Shown here piece by piece: positions 39,987-52,497 of a DNA stretch of 64,000 bases. Under the pieces are notes generated by a model, which saw only the letters and a program-made list of their open reading frames with translations, was not told the DNA's origin and did not search any database. A program made the position numbers and the translations under genes. The stretch spans positions 17,422,001 through 17,486,000 of the forward strand of contig OX597822.1 in the NCBI GenBank assembly GCA_951406725.2. Reading direction: 5' to 3'. This stretch comes from Octopus vulgaris. Its lineage: Eukaryota. Numbering within the stretch: position 1 is the first letter of the stretch; every line of letters starts with the position of its first letter.

Positions 39987-41130
39987 CTACTGTAGGGCTG
40001 TTTTGTAGACGACATTTTTGGTTTTTCTTTCAGAAGTATAGATGATTAAGTTGTCAGGATGACCGACTCTGGAACAACTGATGTAGAACTGTCCATGTGA
40101 AAAGCACAACATTCAAAGGTCCAATCCAACAACTTTCAGTGTGCTTTGTTAATTGTCATGGCAAAGCTGAGTTTGAGAGGGAACTGAAGTCTCTGCATAG
40201 GGTAGGGGTAGTCTGTTGGAGTTAGCAGAATTTGGGGAATGAAAATATCGTTTTTGCTTGTCCCATGATAATTTGGGGTCCAATGATATGGTCCATCATT
40301 TTTTTGACCACAAAGCAAGTTCCATTACCTAGTGTGGGTGCATTTAAATTGCGTAGGAGGATGACAGGGCAACCGATTTTAAGTGAAGTTTGTAGGGAGG
40401 GAGTCCTGGAGGATCTTGGGAGTTGAGAAATTCTGTTGGAAAGTGTGTAACCTGATTAAGGTCGATAACGGTGTCAACTGATCTGTAACAACATTCTTGA
40501 GAAGATAGCTGAGTAAGTCATAGTTGAGAGTGTTGAAAAGCGGTGAGCTGGCGGAAACATTAGCACGCCCAGCAAAATGCTTATTGGTATTTCGTCTGCC
40601 ATTACGCTCTGGGTTCAAATTCCACCGAGGTCGACTTTGCCTTTCATCCTTTTGGGGTCGATAAATTAAGTACCAGTTACGAACTGGGGGTCGATGTAAT
40701 TGACTTAATCCCTTTGTTTATCTTTGTTTGTCCCTTCTGTGTTTAGCCCCTTATGGGCAATAAAGAAATAAGAGTGTTGACAGCTTTATTTGTAGGTGCA
40801 AGAACAGCCCTGTCACAAAGCCGATCTGGTTTTACATATTCCATTGTAAGATTTGGGTAAACAGCAGAACATAAGTCATCGAGGCTGGAGACAGTGTGGC
40901 CAATGGTGGTAGTATCAATGTATCCATTGCCAATCTTTAGGAGCATTTTCAAAAACTAAGTTGTAGGCTGGCCAATTTCTAGGAGTGATTCTATGTTGAT
41001 GGTGAGTTGTTTCAATTGTACATGCAACCAAAGGAGGGATTTTTTCAAGGCCGTCATTAAGTTCATGAGTTGGTGTTCCTTTGGGTATAACAGGCAGAGT
41101 TTGTTGCACCTCCACCAGTTATATTGCCAT
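39987..41130 (-). pseudogene. Helitron RepHel PIF1-like helicase C-terminal pseudogene
   Basis: [116 protein letters not shown]. Confidence 0.92.
40537..40770 (+). mobile_element. tRNA-derived SINE with Deu/Nin-like domain and 10-bp TSD
   Basis: B-box gggttcaaattcc; gcctttcatccttttggggtcgataaattaagtacc; TSD agagtgttga at 40527-40536 and 40771-40780. Confidence 0.88.
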
Positions 41131-41723
41131 AACCAAGTCTTCCAAGGGAAGAAGACCTCCGTTGTAAACAGCAGAGGTAGTGGGAGTGCCAATGCTTTAT
41201 ACCTACAAAGAAAAGATGCTTTTGTCCAGTCTGGTAGTGGTGGCGTTACTCATTATGTTCCTTTAAAGCAACGATTATCCATATTGTTTATTTACATACT
41301 ATGAAAAGTTGTTTAAGGGATACAAATGTAAAGGAGACAATCAATGTTGGAATGTTACTTCACCTACCTAGTCCAAAATAGATATGAACCCCAGGAATGG
41401 AACTTTTTCTTAACCTAGAAGCCCCATTACTCCATATTACTCTAAAAATGACAACTCTGAAGAGTGTAGTACCATCTCTAGAACATAAGTGATGTATGTG
41501 CCAAGTGTGAACGAAATCAGACAAAAAATATTGATTTTAATGGGGTTCAATTAAATGGCCTGTCACACACACACACACATCTTCTGTCTTATATATTATA
41601 GATGAACATCACAAATTATGTTTTCTAATTCCTTGTAATCAACAGGGTTAATTTCTACTTGATATGAGAAGATAAACATGATAAACTAATGACAAATGTG
41701 ACTGTTATGCAAATATTTATGAA

Positions 41724-42157
41724 TCATGATCGTGATCATCATCATCATTTTAATACTTTCTTTTCCATACGTGCATGGATCAGATAGAGTTTCATTAAGA
41801 AAGAATTACTATGGCCAGAAGCCCTTCCTGTTGCTAACCCTCACTTGTTTCCAAGCAGGATAATATTTCCCCATGGCCAGATGATTCTGGCAGAATATTG
41901 GAAATAAATTATACTGCTTGTATGATAATGGTACTCAATCACAACAAGACAAAGAGATATGTACACACATACTCACACACATACATTACATAAATGCATG
42001 TAAAAAAGAAGCTTTTTTCAGTTTCTATCTACCAAATCCACTCACAGAGCTTTGGCTGGCATGGGGCTATAGTAGAAGACACTTACTCAAGGTGCCATTT
42101 AGTGGATCTGAACTCAAAACTAAGTGGTTGGGAAGCAAACTTCTGAACCACAAAGCC
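41724..42157 (-). mobile_element. SINE with CORE-like head and RTE-like (GAT)n tail
   Basis: Head 42010-42157 matches the other SINEs; tail ccatacgtgcatggatc..gcccttcctgttgctaacc; homologous to 59100-59536. Confidence 0.75.
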
Positions 42158-42917
42158 AAATAAATTACTTATTACCAACCCATTTTAAAAGTATATTGGA
42201 CAATGCATTTACAACAATTTTATACAAATGATCATATAACTTTAATTTTTCTACGTATGCTTAAGAAAAACTTTCAAAAATATATTTAAACAGGTTATAT
42301 AAACTAGTGTTAATTCACTTTTTTCACATGATAAAAATTATGATATCATATCAAATAGATATGTAAAAAGAATTCCAAACATGCAAATCTATTAGAAAAT
42401 AATTAAATAAACGTTATTTAAATTTGGAACACAGAATTAGCTTCATAAAAATTTTCTAAAATTACTTCCATCAATCAACTTCTTATGTGTGAACGAGCTA
42501 TAAAGAAGATGAAATTTGAAAAAGTGAGATCTACAATATAAAACATATTCTTTATAGAAATCTTTTGTTTGAGTTATTTAAAGAACACAAGCAACTATTG
42601 TAGAAATTCAAATATAACTTAATGAAAGAAGAGAGCCACCAATTGAGCAGAATTGTTTGTTAAGCTAGATGAAAGAGCATTACCTTTTAAATATAATGAT
42701 CTGGAGGGAAAAGAAAGAGATTTTAGGATTAGAGTAAAGGAGGATTAGAAAATTGAATTTTTGGGGTTTTTCCCCCCTTTCCTGAAGGAAAGCAATTTAA
42801 GTAAAGCAATATGACATGAGTGGGAATCAATTTGTTCCGAGAACAGCAACAGTAACAGGAAGGATGTTATTTAACAGTTGATATACAAAAGCAACCTAAG
42901 CCAACAAGGGAACATCT

Positions 42918-43085
42918 CAGTGGTCACTTGACCCACTGGACATAGTAGGTAAATCTCTCTCAAAAATACACCATATTATCTTGAAAAAGAATGTATAATG
43001 TCACATGATGGGGCAGTCATGGTCAGAAAGTCTTTGATGATAGGTCTAATCAGTTGAAGCTAACCTGGGGGTTAAACATCAACAA
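42918..43085 (+). mobile_element. Old interspersed repeat
   Basis: agtggtcacttgaccc..tctttgatgataggtctaatcag..acctgggggttaaacatcaac. Confidence 0.5.
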
Positions 43086-44541
43086 AAAACTGCAATCTGG
43101 AGCAGCATCAATTACATTGCTGTGTGATTAAAAAAACTGACAAGTATCTAGATACACACAGCACTCTCTAAAATTGCAATTTAGAGCAATGATAAGTTAA
43201 ATTCCTCATTTGTGCCTGGAATATGCAGTAACATCATTCTAATGGTATCATTGATATATAATTTTAGATAAAAAGATTACTCCATTTTTGGTAAGATATC
43301 TCTTCCCAAATTGACCTTCATCAATATTAGTGGCATATCTAGCTGAAGTAAACTAGTATAATGACTTTCGCTTCATAATTTTCACATAATTTTCCAATTA
43401 AAACTGATCAAAAATCATAAAAAAACTGGATCAGTTATTGTATTAAACTAAATGTCATATTTAAAACATTAAACTTTACTTTTAAATGTTTACTTCATAA
43501 GAATTCAGAAATTTTGAGAGTCATGAAGTAAATAATTTTCCATGGTGGAGCTTGAAATAGATAAAGCTATAAATAATAGCACGAAAAATATTGGGTTATA
43601 AAGCCTCTTGGATGGAAAAGAATTGAAGGCTGCCCATTGGAATGAATCTACATCTTCTGTGAACATAACAGATGTACTACCATTATACCAAAGCAACCCT
43701 GCAGATATTTTCCATCCATTTTAGAAGCTGTATTTTTACTAGTGAGAATTGCATGTTCTTTATATCATAAGAATTTAGAAACTTCAAGAGATATTAAATA
43801 AGTAAACAACAGATAATTCACCAAGTTCCACTGTTAAAAACAATTCATTACAATTAAAAATATTTATAACATTTATTGTAGAAAATGTTTCTTGATGCTA
43901 CATCTTTATATTTGAGAAGTGTTTTAGTCCGCAGGTTAAATATTAACTGATACTAAAATATAACGATTTTACATTTCAAGCAGGGATCACATCACATTTT
44001 CACTTCCTCTAAACAATTCCTAAATTTGAGTATCCACTCCTACTACTCACAGAAAGACTTAATCTGAAGCTGTGGTCTTTTTGGGGTTTTTTCTAAGATT
44101 CCTAAGCTACAATTTTGCCCTAATTTTCTAATTTTCAAGAGCATCCACATATTTTGACAACATCTTAGGTGGTTAGAAATAATTAACCTTTAAAAAGTAT
44201 TACAAAATGGCATAAATGGATAATTGTCATCATTGGCAGTGGTGACATGATTTTACATTCACTTTCCATACTGGCTTCAGTTGGATAAATTTCATAGTCC
44301 TAATCAGCTACTATTTGGTGTTTCTGCCCTTCCATACAGATCAAGTGATTACATCTTGCTTGTACTTTTTATTTGCTATCATTTCTACAGCTGAATACCC
44401 TCCCTAGCACCACCCACTCTACTGAATGTAATGTAGTAATTATATTTATCGAAATAGAAAATAAAGCTTTAAAATTACATTTGTGCAAAGTTTTCTTTAA
44501 TTTCTTACAAAGCAATCATGATATTTATCAGATATTGTCAG

Positions 44542-44545
<4 letters not shown>

Positions 44546-44595
<50 letters not shown>
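44546..44595. repeat. (TA)n microsatellite
   Basis: Read directly from the sequence. Confidence 0.97.
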
Positions 44596-44598
<3 letters not shown>

Positions 44599-46017
44599 AC
44601 TATTTTTAAATGATGGCTTTCTCCAGAGAGCAACTTTGTTTTTATGTTGCCTTAATTCAATCAAAGCAATACATTTTTAGAACTTGCTTGAATAATTAAT
44701 ATAATTTTCAAGAAATCCATTACATTTTGGCTTAAGTATCAAAACTAGTCCCTGAAGTAATTGTCTGAAGATCTTGAGCTTAGGGTTGAAAAAAAGGTTA
44801 GGGAAACAAGCTGACCCAAAATTTTTAGTAACCAGGTACAGGAAATCATGACCAAGATGATCTGACAAATAAATTCGAGAGTTTGCTACAGACTATGTAA
44901 TTGATCTTCTAACATTTTATAGTATATAAAAAAATTTAGAAATGTCAAAATTTAGACAGGTCTCCCACAAATTGAGTGGTACTAATAAAGGGTATTGTAG
45001 GGATATTTCAAGTGTGCTGTTTTTATATAATAATAATGAGCCATTTCTGAATCAGAGTGAAAACCTGTGTTAAAATGTAGATCCATTTACACACACACAC
45101 ACCTAAATATACGCAGTACTATTGTTGGCTAAGTCTGAGACTGAGGAACTTCTCTTGGTCAAACAAAGGATGTAGTCACAAGATGGTACACAACAGAAGT
45201 AATATACTTTATCTGTTTCCTTGGTTCCAGAATACTCTATCAATGCAAAAAAGTATTGAAAAATAACACATTGCACCAATAACTGGCTGAAAGCCACTGT
45301 CTTTGATCAACAGAAATGAGTTGATTTTCTGTATAACAATGGTTGGTTAAATACATAGCATGAATGACTTATCAAAGACATTGAGGAGATAAAGTTTTGA
45401 GACACTTCCACCTGTTCAAGCATTACAGTATTTTCCTACAGCATAAAAAGTTCTAAAAATGGGTAACCACTAAGGAGTATTTCAATAAATTAAAGTAGCT
45501 TAAAAACTAATTCTTTCTGAAACTTGACAAATAGAACAAAAGTAATGCAATGAAACTTCACCTATCAAAAAAAAAAAAAAAAAAGATGGACATCTTTTTA
45601 AATGAAACACTGTCCTAAATGAAGCACTTTTGCCATAGGTATTAGTGTGCAATAGTCTACTTGAAACACCAAAAATAAATTGAACTTTTTTCACTTCACT
45701 ACCTCAGTTATTTTATTAGCTAAAATATCATTGTCATAAACATAATTCTTGGTGTGGACATATTTTACGACATTATTCTTTGGTTGTAGTATTATTACAA
45801 AAAGCAACTCCATGAAACAAGCTACTCAAAAAAGAAAGTATATTTTAACAAGACAGCAAAATATATATTTCAGTAATCTTTTTTGGGAATAAACAATTTT
45901 CCAAAGAATTCTAAAACATAACACACTGACAATATATATCAAATGCACAGCTGCTCATCATGCTGTTTTTGTGAAACAAAAACATTATACAAACAACTGG
46001 ATTCTTACCTATGACAT

Positions 46018-46049
<32 letters not shown>

Positions 46050-46109
46050 CACAGGTATACATACAAGCATAAATATACATACACACACACACATATATAT
46101 ATATATAAA

Positions 46110-46846
46110 TAACAGCTATGCCACATGGAAGTGCGACTAGTGAGGACATGTGAATGCTTGAAAGAAATGAAGCCATCACATTCACTGGATGGGTAATGTT
46201 AATGTGCATGTACGACAGAGGATAAGTGATTTGAGAGAAAAATTGGGTATACAAGGCAGATGTAGTGTGCAAAAGAGAAGCTGCACTGGTGTGGTCATGT
46301 GATGCATATAGATGAAGACAGCTGCATCAAAATGTGTCAATCTCTAATTGTGGAGGGAACATGTGGAAGGGGTAAACCAAGGAAAATGTAGGACAACGTG
46401 GTGAGAAAAGAATATTCAGTTATTGGATTTCACAGAGGAGATGGCAAGAGACCAAGACTTTTGCCGTGCTCGAGAGGACACATCAAGATAAGTAAAATTG
46501 TAGCTGTCCATGCCGGCATGTCCTTTACATCCCTCTCTCAGCCAAGAGATCCTAGTCTTGTGCACTCTTGGGTGCTGGTGCCATCTAAAAACACCTATGT
46601 TGGTGTCACATAAAAGTATCCATGCTGGTGCCACATAAAAGTGCCTGTACCAGTGCTTTCAAAAAGCACCTGCGCTGGTGCCATATTGTACAATCTGTAA
46701 AGTGGCTGACATTAGGAAGGGCATCATGCCATAGAAACCATGCCAAAACAGACAAATGGAGTGCAGGCAACTCCCTGGCTGGCCAGTTCCTGTTAAACTC
46801 TCCAACCCATACCAACATAATATAGTGATGATGATGAAGATGATGT
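46110..46846 (+). mobile_element. RTE LINE ORF2 C-terminus and 3' UTR, degenerate
   Basis: TAMPHGS..MLERNEA..LREKLG..WCGHVMHIDEDSCIKMCQSLIVEGTCGRGKPRK; tail aggaagggcatc..tccaacccatacc..gatgatgatg. Confidence 0.85.
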
Positions 46847-46934
46847 TATATGTATGTTAGGAAGTGTCTCCCCAGATGCTGCAGTGAATTCAGCAAATAA
46901 ACAAAATACATACATTGTGTACAAGTGATTCATC

Positions 46935-47135
46935 ACCACCATCATTGTCATCATTTCATGTTCACTTTGCCATGGGTTAGACGGTTTGACTGGAATTGGT
47001 AAGCCGGAGAGCTGAACCAGGTTCCAGTCTGATTTGGCATGGTTTCTATAGCTTGATGCCCTTCAAATGTCTACCACTCTGAGAATGTAATGGGTGCTTC
47101 TGCTTCTTACATGCCATTGGCATGGGTGCCATAAC
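46935..47135 (-). mobile_element. RTE-type 3' tail
   Basis: catgggttagacggtttgactgg..tctgatttggcatggtttctatagcttgatgccc..tgtaatgggtgc. Confidence 0.7.
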
Positions 47136-47222
47136 GATTGATAATATATATATTTTATTTTTTTATTTTTATTTTATCTAGTTTCAGCTCACGAGCTGTG
47201 GCCATGCTGGGGCCATATATAT

Positions 47223-47497
47223 ATTGCAGCGTGGAAGGTGTTTATAAGCCATTTAAGAAACACAAAAAAACCGTTAGATTCACTTCAACATTAAAATTTA
47301 ATTTGTCAAAATATTTTCATCGCTTTGAGACCGTGACCTGTTCACTGACAAAATTCTGTGCTGCATCTCAGAGATGCAGCACAGAATTTTGTGAAAGCGA
47401 TGAAAATATTTTGACAAATTAAATTTAAGTGTTGAAGTGAATCTAATGGTTTTTGTGTGTTTCTTAAATGGCTTATAAACACCTTCCATGCTGCAAT
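47223..47497. repeat. 275-bp inverted repeat (fold-back element) between TA runs
   Basis: Outer arms 47223-47326 / 47394-47497 (104 bp, 5 mismatches by eye); perfect 22-bp inner arms 47348-47369 / 47371-47392 around a single A. Confidence 0.95.
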
Positions 47498-47558
47498 TGT
47501 TTTTGTTCCAGCACACGATCTCAGATCAGGTCACTTGCTATGCAAGTACATCTCCCTA

Positions 47559-47559
<1 letters not shown>

Positions 47560-47601
<42 letters not shown>

Positions 47602-47644
47602 ACACATATATATATATACACATATATATATACATACATATGTA

Positions 47645-47707
<63 letters not shown>

Positions 47708-47759
47708 ATGTATGTATGTATGTATGTATGTATGTATGTATGTATGTATGTATGTATGT
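47560..47759. repeat. Compound (TA)/(CA)/(TG)/(TATG) microsatellite
   Basis: Read directly from the sequence. Confidence 0.97.
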
Positions 47760-47866
47760 TCTACAGAAAATAAAGGAATTCTTAAACACAGGATGGCTAT
47801 GAAGACAGCTTAGAAAATCAGGTAAATACCTTTAAAATGTGTGTGCATGTGTTTGTGTATAAGTGA

Positions 47867-48160
47867 AGGTGCATGGCTAGTGGTTAGAACGTTGGGCTCA
47901 TGCTCATGAGGTAGTGAGTACAATTTCTGGACTGAGTAGTGTGTTGTGTTCTTGAGTAAACACTTTATTTTCATGTGACGTCACTGGTGCCAAGCTATAT
48001 CAGTCTTTGCTCTTGGATGACATCAGTGGCATGGAGAGTGGAGGCTGATATGCATGGGTGACTGCTGGTCCTCCATAAACAACCTTGCATGGACTTGTGC
48101 CTTGGAGGGAAATTTTCTAGGTGCAATCACATGGTCATTCATGACCAAAGGGGGCCTTTA
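47867..48160 (+). mobile_element. tRNA-derived SINE, third family
   Basis: A-box tggctagtggtt, decayed B-box gagtacaattt, gtgttcttgagtaaacac; GC-richer body ending catgaccaaagggggccttta. Confidence 0.6.
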
Positions 48161-48241
48161 TAAATATACAAACATATTACACAGAAACATATGTATATAG
48201 AGTGAGAGATACTTCATACCAACACAATGAGTGTATGATGT

Positions 48242-48290
<49 letters not shown>

Positions 48291-49621
48291 TGAGTGTCTC
48301 AAAGATGGCAGCTTGTATAAAATATTAGATTAAAACAAAATTTTGAAAATTTTTAATTGATATCTTTTTATGAGCATAATTTTGCTTAGATATTTTTCAT
48401 GAATGAAAATGGCGAGCATGAAAGACAAAGCAACAATATATAGTAGAAGGCTGAGTATCTCAAGATTTAGAGTTGGTCCTTATACTACTTGTGTTACTCT
48501 AGCTATTTTATATTTAAGTCATGCATGCAAAGGTCTTAATCTTATCTCTCGTCAGCTTTTTTTTCCCCCGAATTTTCTCACAGATAAACTTTGTTCATTC
48601 TGCTATCTTTTCTACAATCATTAACTTTATATAATTTTTTGTACTGACAGATTTATTTTCTTCAAAAAATTTTTCTCAATTGAGATTTGTTTTATTATAC
48701 ATTTCATATTACTTTACATATTATCAACACACACAAAAAGACAAGAAAAACTGTGTGTAAGTAAGTTCAGTGTTTTTACAGCCTAATTGCTTTGAATTGT
48801 GGATATGTTTTAACATTAGTTAACATTTTATAAAAACTGGGAAGTAAAGTATTGAAATGATGTGAACCACATTTAAGTTTTGTGTAGGTTTCTTGATAAT
48901 CAATTATTTAAATTGAGATGCTTAACAAAATGCTTTTCCACCAAATGGAAATATACTAGACAGAATTAGTGATTTTTTACTATGCTTTATACGATGAAAG
49001 GTAGTGCAGAATTATATAGTAAATGGTAAACTAAAAGTAGACTTTAGTTTGAAACAATTTATAAAAGACCTGGGATTATCAAAGAAAAGTAGCCGTAGAC
49101 AGCTAAAAGAAAGCTATTTGCAATACCTAAGCCAATATAGAAAGAAGCAAAATAAATGTACTATTCTTTTTCAGCTTACAGTTATTGGACTGCAACCAAG
49201 ATGGAGCATCACTTTAGAAGGGTTTTAATCAATTATATAGATTTCAGGACTTAATCTGGTAGTCATTTTATCAATTTTACTTTGTTGAATGATTAAGTTT
49301 ACTCACTAAGTTGCTTTCCTTTAGTGACATAAATACCACAAGGTATTTATACACACACACACACTTAAGAAGATGGCTTTGCAGTTATGAACTGGTTTTT
49401 ATCCCACTTTGTAGCATTTTAGACAAGGGTCAACCCAACTCTTGTGAGTGAAAATGGGTAGATGGAAATTGTGAGGAAGCCCAACAGAGGGATTGTACAT
49501 ATAATCGAAAAGTTTTATTTTCTGATAATTCTCAGGGAGAATTATGTCAAATGTGTATGTACCTAATGAGTTGGTAGTTCATTTAGTTGATGAATCGAGA
49601 GAAAAAGAGAGAGAGAGAGAG

Positions 49622-49666
<45 letters not shown>

Positions 49667-50207
49667 TGTGTGTGTATGCATGTGTTAAGTTTCTACAGAG
49701 TGACTATTTACCAATTGTCAACTGGTCAACTGTAGGCTATAGAAAAAGGCATTCACTTATCCCTAACTTGGAACTGCATGGTTGTGAGGTGGACTTCTAA
49801 ACCACACAAGCAAGCCTGCACCAGCTATATATTTATTATAGCATTAATTACAACAATCAAATATACATTTCTATTACATAGCTAAAAATAAAAAAAAAAA
49901 CAACCTTAAAATGATCAACTGTAGTTCAAACTAATGTTTGTTTTTTAATGTGATTTATACACACACACACACACACATATATACATATAGTATTTTTTAA
50001 TCTTTGATGGCTTTGTCTTTCCCACTTGGCTATTGATTTATCTAAAAAAAAATTTTTTCCATCAGCTAGTCTCAACAAAAGTAATAAGAATGAAAGGAAA
50101 AGAGATAGAAAGCAAACACTAGAATGGTGCAGTGAACAATTTTCAAGAAAGAAGGAACACTTGTCATAAATACTCTTTCTACAGATTTTTATTTATTTTT
50201 TATTAAT

Positions 50208-50212
<5 letters not shown>

Positions 50213-50254
<42 letters not shown>
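50213..50254. repeat. (ATT)n microsatellite
   Basis: Read directly from the sequence. Confidence 0.95.
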
Positions 50255-52442
50255 TATGTAACCTCTTAGAGCTTAAGTTTGTACTGAAACATTCCAGATT
50301 GTTTCACACAATATTCAGTAACTATTTGCTAAGTATGAAGTATTTAAACTATCCGGCTTGAATTTCTATACTACAAAAATTGTAACCATTAACTTTGTGT
50401 AAGTATTAAAATACTGTATAAAGCATACATATTACTTGCATAATCCTACCTAAGTCTTATTTTCAACCATGTGATTGTGTGTGAATGTAAAGGGATGAGA
50501 GAGAAAGAATATTTTCTTTGTTGCAGTGTCTTGCATGCTTAATGTATTGTCTTTCGTAAGGTAGAAATTTGAGCAATATTCAAAGTTATTTGGTATGTTG
50601 TTTGAGTATATTACAAGGGTGCTTGCGTAAATTCCAAAAGCTTCTTTTACACAGTAAGACTATTCATGATTTAAGCTTCTTTCAATTCTTCTGGTGCCTT
50701 TGTGTACTGGTGACTTCTTAAATGTTATTGATCTAATGCCAATATGCAAATTACCACACACGATATGCATAACTTTTCTACAGCAAAGTAATTTTGTAAA
50801 CTTTTGTAGTTATTGTAATCATTATTGGCGATGTAGTAACAAAAGTTAAATGGACTTGGAAGACCTGAGCTTTTTACCAAATATCTGAGATATATAGTCC
50901 CAAATTTTCACAGTCATACTATATAACTTAACATAGCTACAGCTTCATCAGGAGGAATGAGGAATCAGGAAAAAGGATGTACCCAAATGATATTTTATGG
51001 TTCTTTGTTATGTCCCTTTATATTCTGACTTCAGATCTTAGTCAATTTTGCTTTTCAGCTTTATGAGATAGATAAATAAAAACTACCTGCTATAAAATGT
51101 TAATGTATTCAAATATACCCAAAAAGACTTCAGCATGACCAATGACTGAAATCAGTAAAATAGTGAGAATATAGGACAATTTGGGATTTTCATGCTATGC
51201 ATATAAATGCATATGAATGTAAGAGTATGTGCAAGTAAACATGAGTGTGTCTTTGCAAGTTTGTAGGTTATGAGAAAGATAATAGTTTTTAAATAGTCAG
51301 CATCAAACATAAATAGCTGTAGACAATTACATTAATTTTTGCAGATACAATCAGTAGCATTTTATAAGTTAGTAAGTAGATATCGATTCTGATCCAGTTG
51401 AGAGTGGGTTGTACGACATATGGAATTTCTCTGCTAAGCATAAATTGGAAATCTTACTAATTTTCTGAATTGTATTACAATGAGCTGTTTATTTTAGAAC
51501 AGTGACTAAAGCAGGTGATATGTTTGCGAAAACTATTCTCGATTATTACACTGATCTCTCTTTCTCTCTCTCTCTCTCTGCATGCACATGTGTGTGTGTG
51601 TGGTACAGAGGTTAATTGCCTCAGTTTTTAAGGACAAAAATATCCAGTCTTTATAGATATCTGTAGGACTTTAATGGAAGCCTCAAAAGTTGGTTGAATT
51701 AAAATTTGAACTTAGTGTTGATGTCTTTTATCACAGCCATTGCTTAGAGGGAATGATTTTGAAATTGTACTATATCGGATATATACATGGGTTAAACAGG
51801 AACAATAATTGTTATTTCTATTAGACATACAGATGTGTTAAAATGAACTTTGCAAAGTTTAGCGAGTTATCTCAAATCTTCAACAACAACAACAGTTCTT
51901 AACAATAATTTAAATTTAGCTCAGAGTTTTAGTAAGAGATCAATTTTATAATCTTTAATAATTATTAGGCAACAATAAAAAAAAAGTAGAGATCAAAAAA
52001 ACTAAATTATGAAAGTTATAATAGATATGAAAAGAAATTCAAACAGGTTTTTTGTATGATTATAATCATATGAGTCCTGTTTATTGCAAAATAAATAAAA
52101 ATTAAAAAATTCTTTTTTGAAATTTTAAAATTCAGTAATTAAAGAATATCATAGATAAAATCAGAATAGTAGTTCTACTACATATTTAAATATATCTAGA
52201 AAAAGTTTTAAAATTAATTTCACATACAACTGATATTGTTTGATAAAATATAACCATAAAGATGAGAATAAGTAAAGAATTCTGATAATAACCTCTTTAA
52301 GAAAGCCTACAATAAGGAACTACCAGTCTATTATCTGACAATTTATTTCAGTTAAAATGGTTAGTTATTCTGAATCATTAACAATCTAAATTGATAATTT
52401 GAAAATCTGTTTAAAACTTGTGAGAGAACAATATCACATGCT

Positions 52443-52497
52443 ACTCACCAATATTTGACAAGAGCACTTACCTGCAATAAAAGAAAGGAAATCAGTA
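52443..52497 (-). promoter_or_regulatory. Candidate recursive splice site (3'SS abutting 5'SS) with a 23-nt RS-exon at 52471-52449
   Basis: Minus strand: tactgat ttcctttcttttattgCAG|GTAAGTgctcttgtcaaatattg|GTGAGT. Confidence 0.5.

Larger units (their letters stand above)
39392..41602 (-). mobile_element. Helitron deletion derivative with putative 5' TC and 3' CTAG ends
   Basis: Minus strand starts A|TCTATAATATATAAG..(TG)n at 41602 and ends ..tccaaagga catttgCTAG|T at 39392; internal helicase remnant; ends less certain than the coding part. Confidence 0.6.

Noticed and set aside
47345-47400. CTGACAA-hairpin-GAAAG resembling a hammerhead inside the palindrome
   Set aside because: Core G8 is missing, and the juxtaposition is created by the one-arm deletion.
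47457-47813. ORFs rich in YI/CV/HT/ER repeats here and elsewhere (18399, 24453, 28989, 60204, 63155)
   Set aside because: Translations of microsatellites and SINE bodies.
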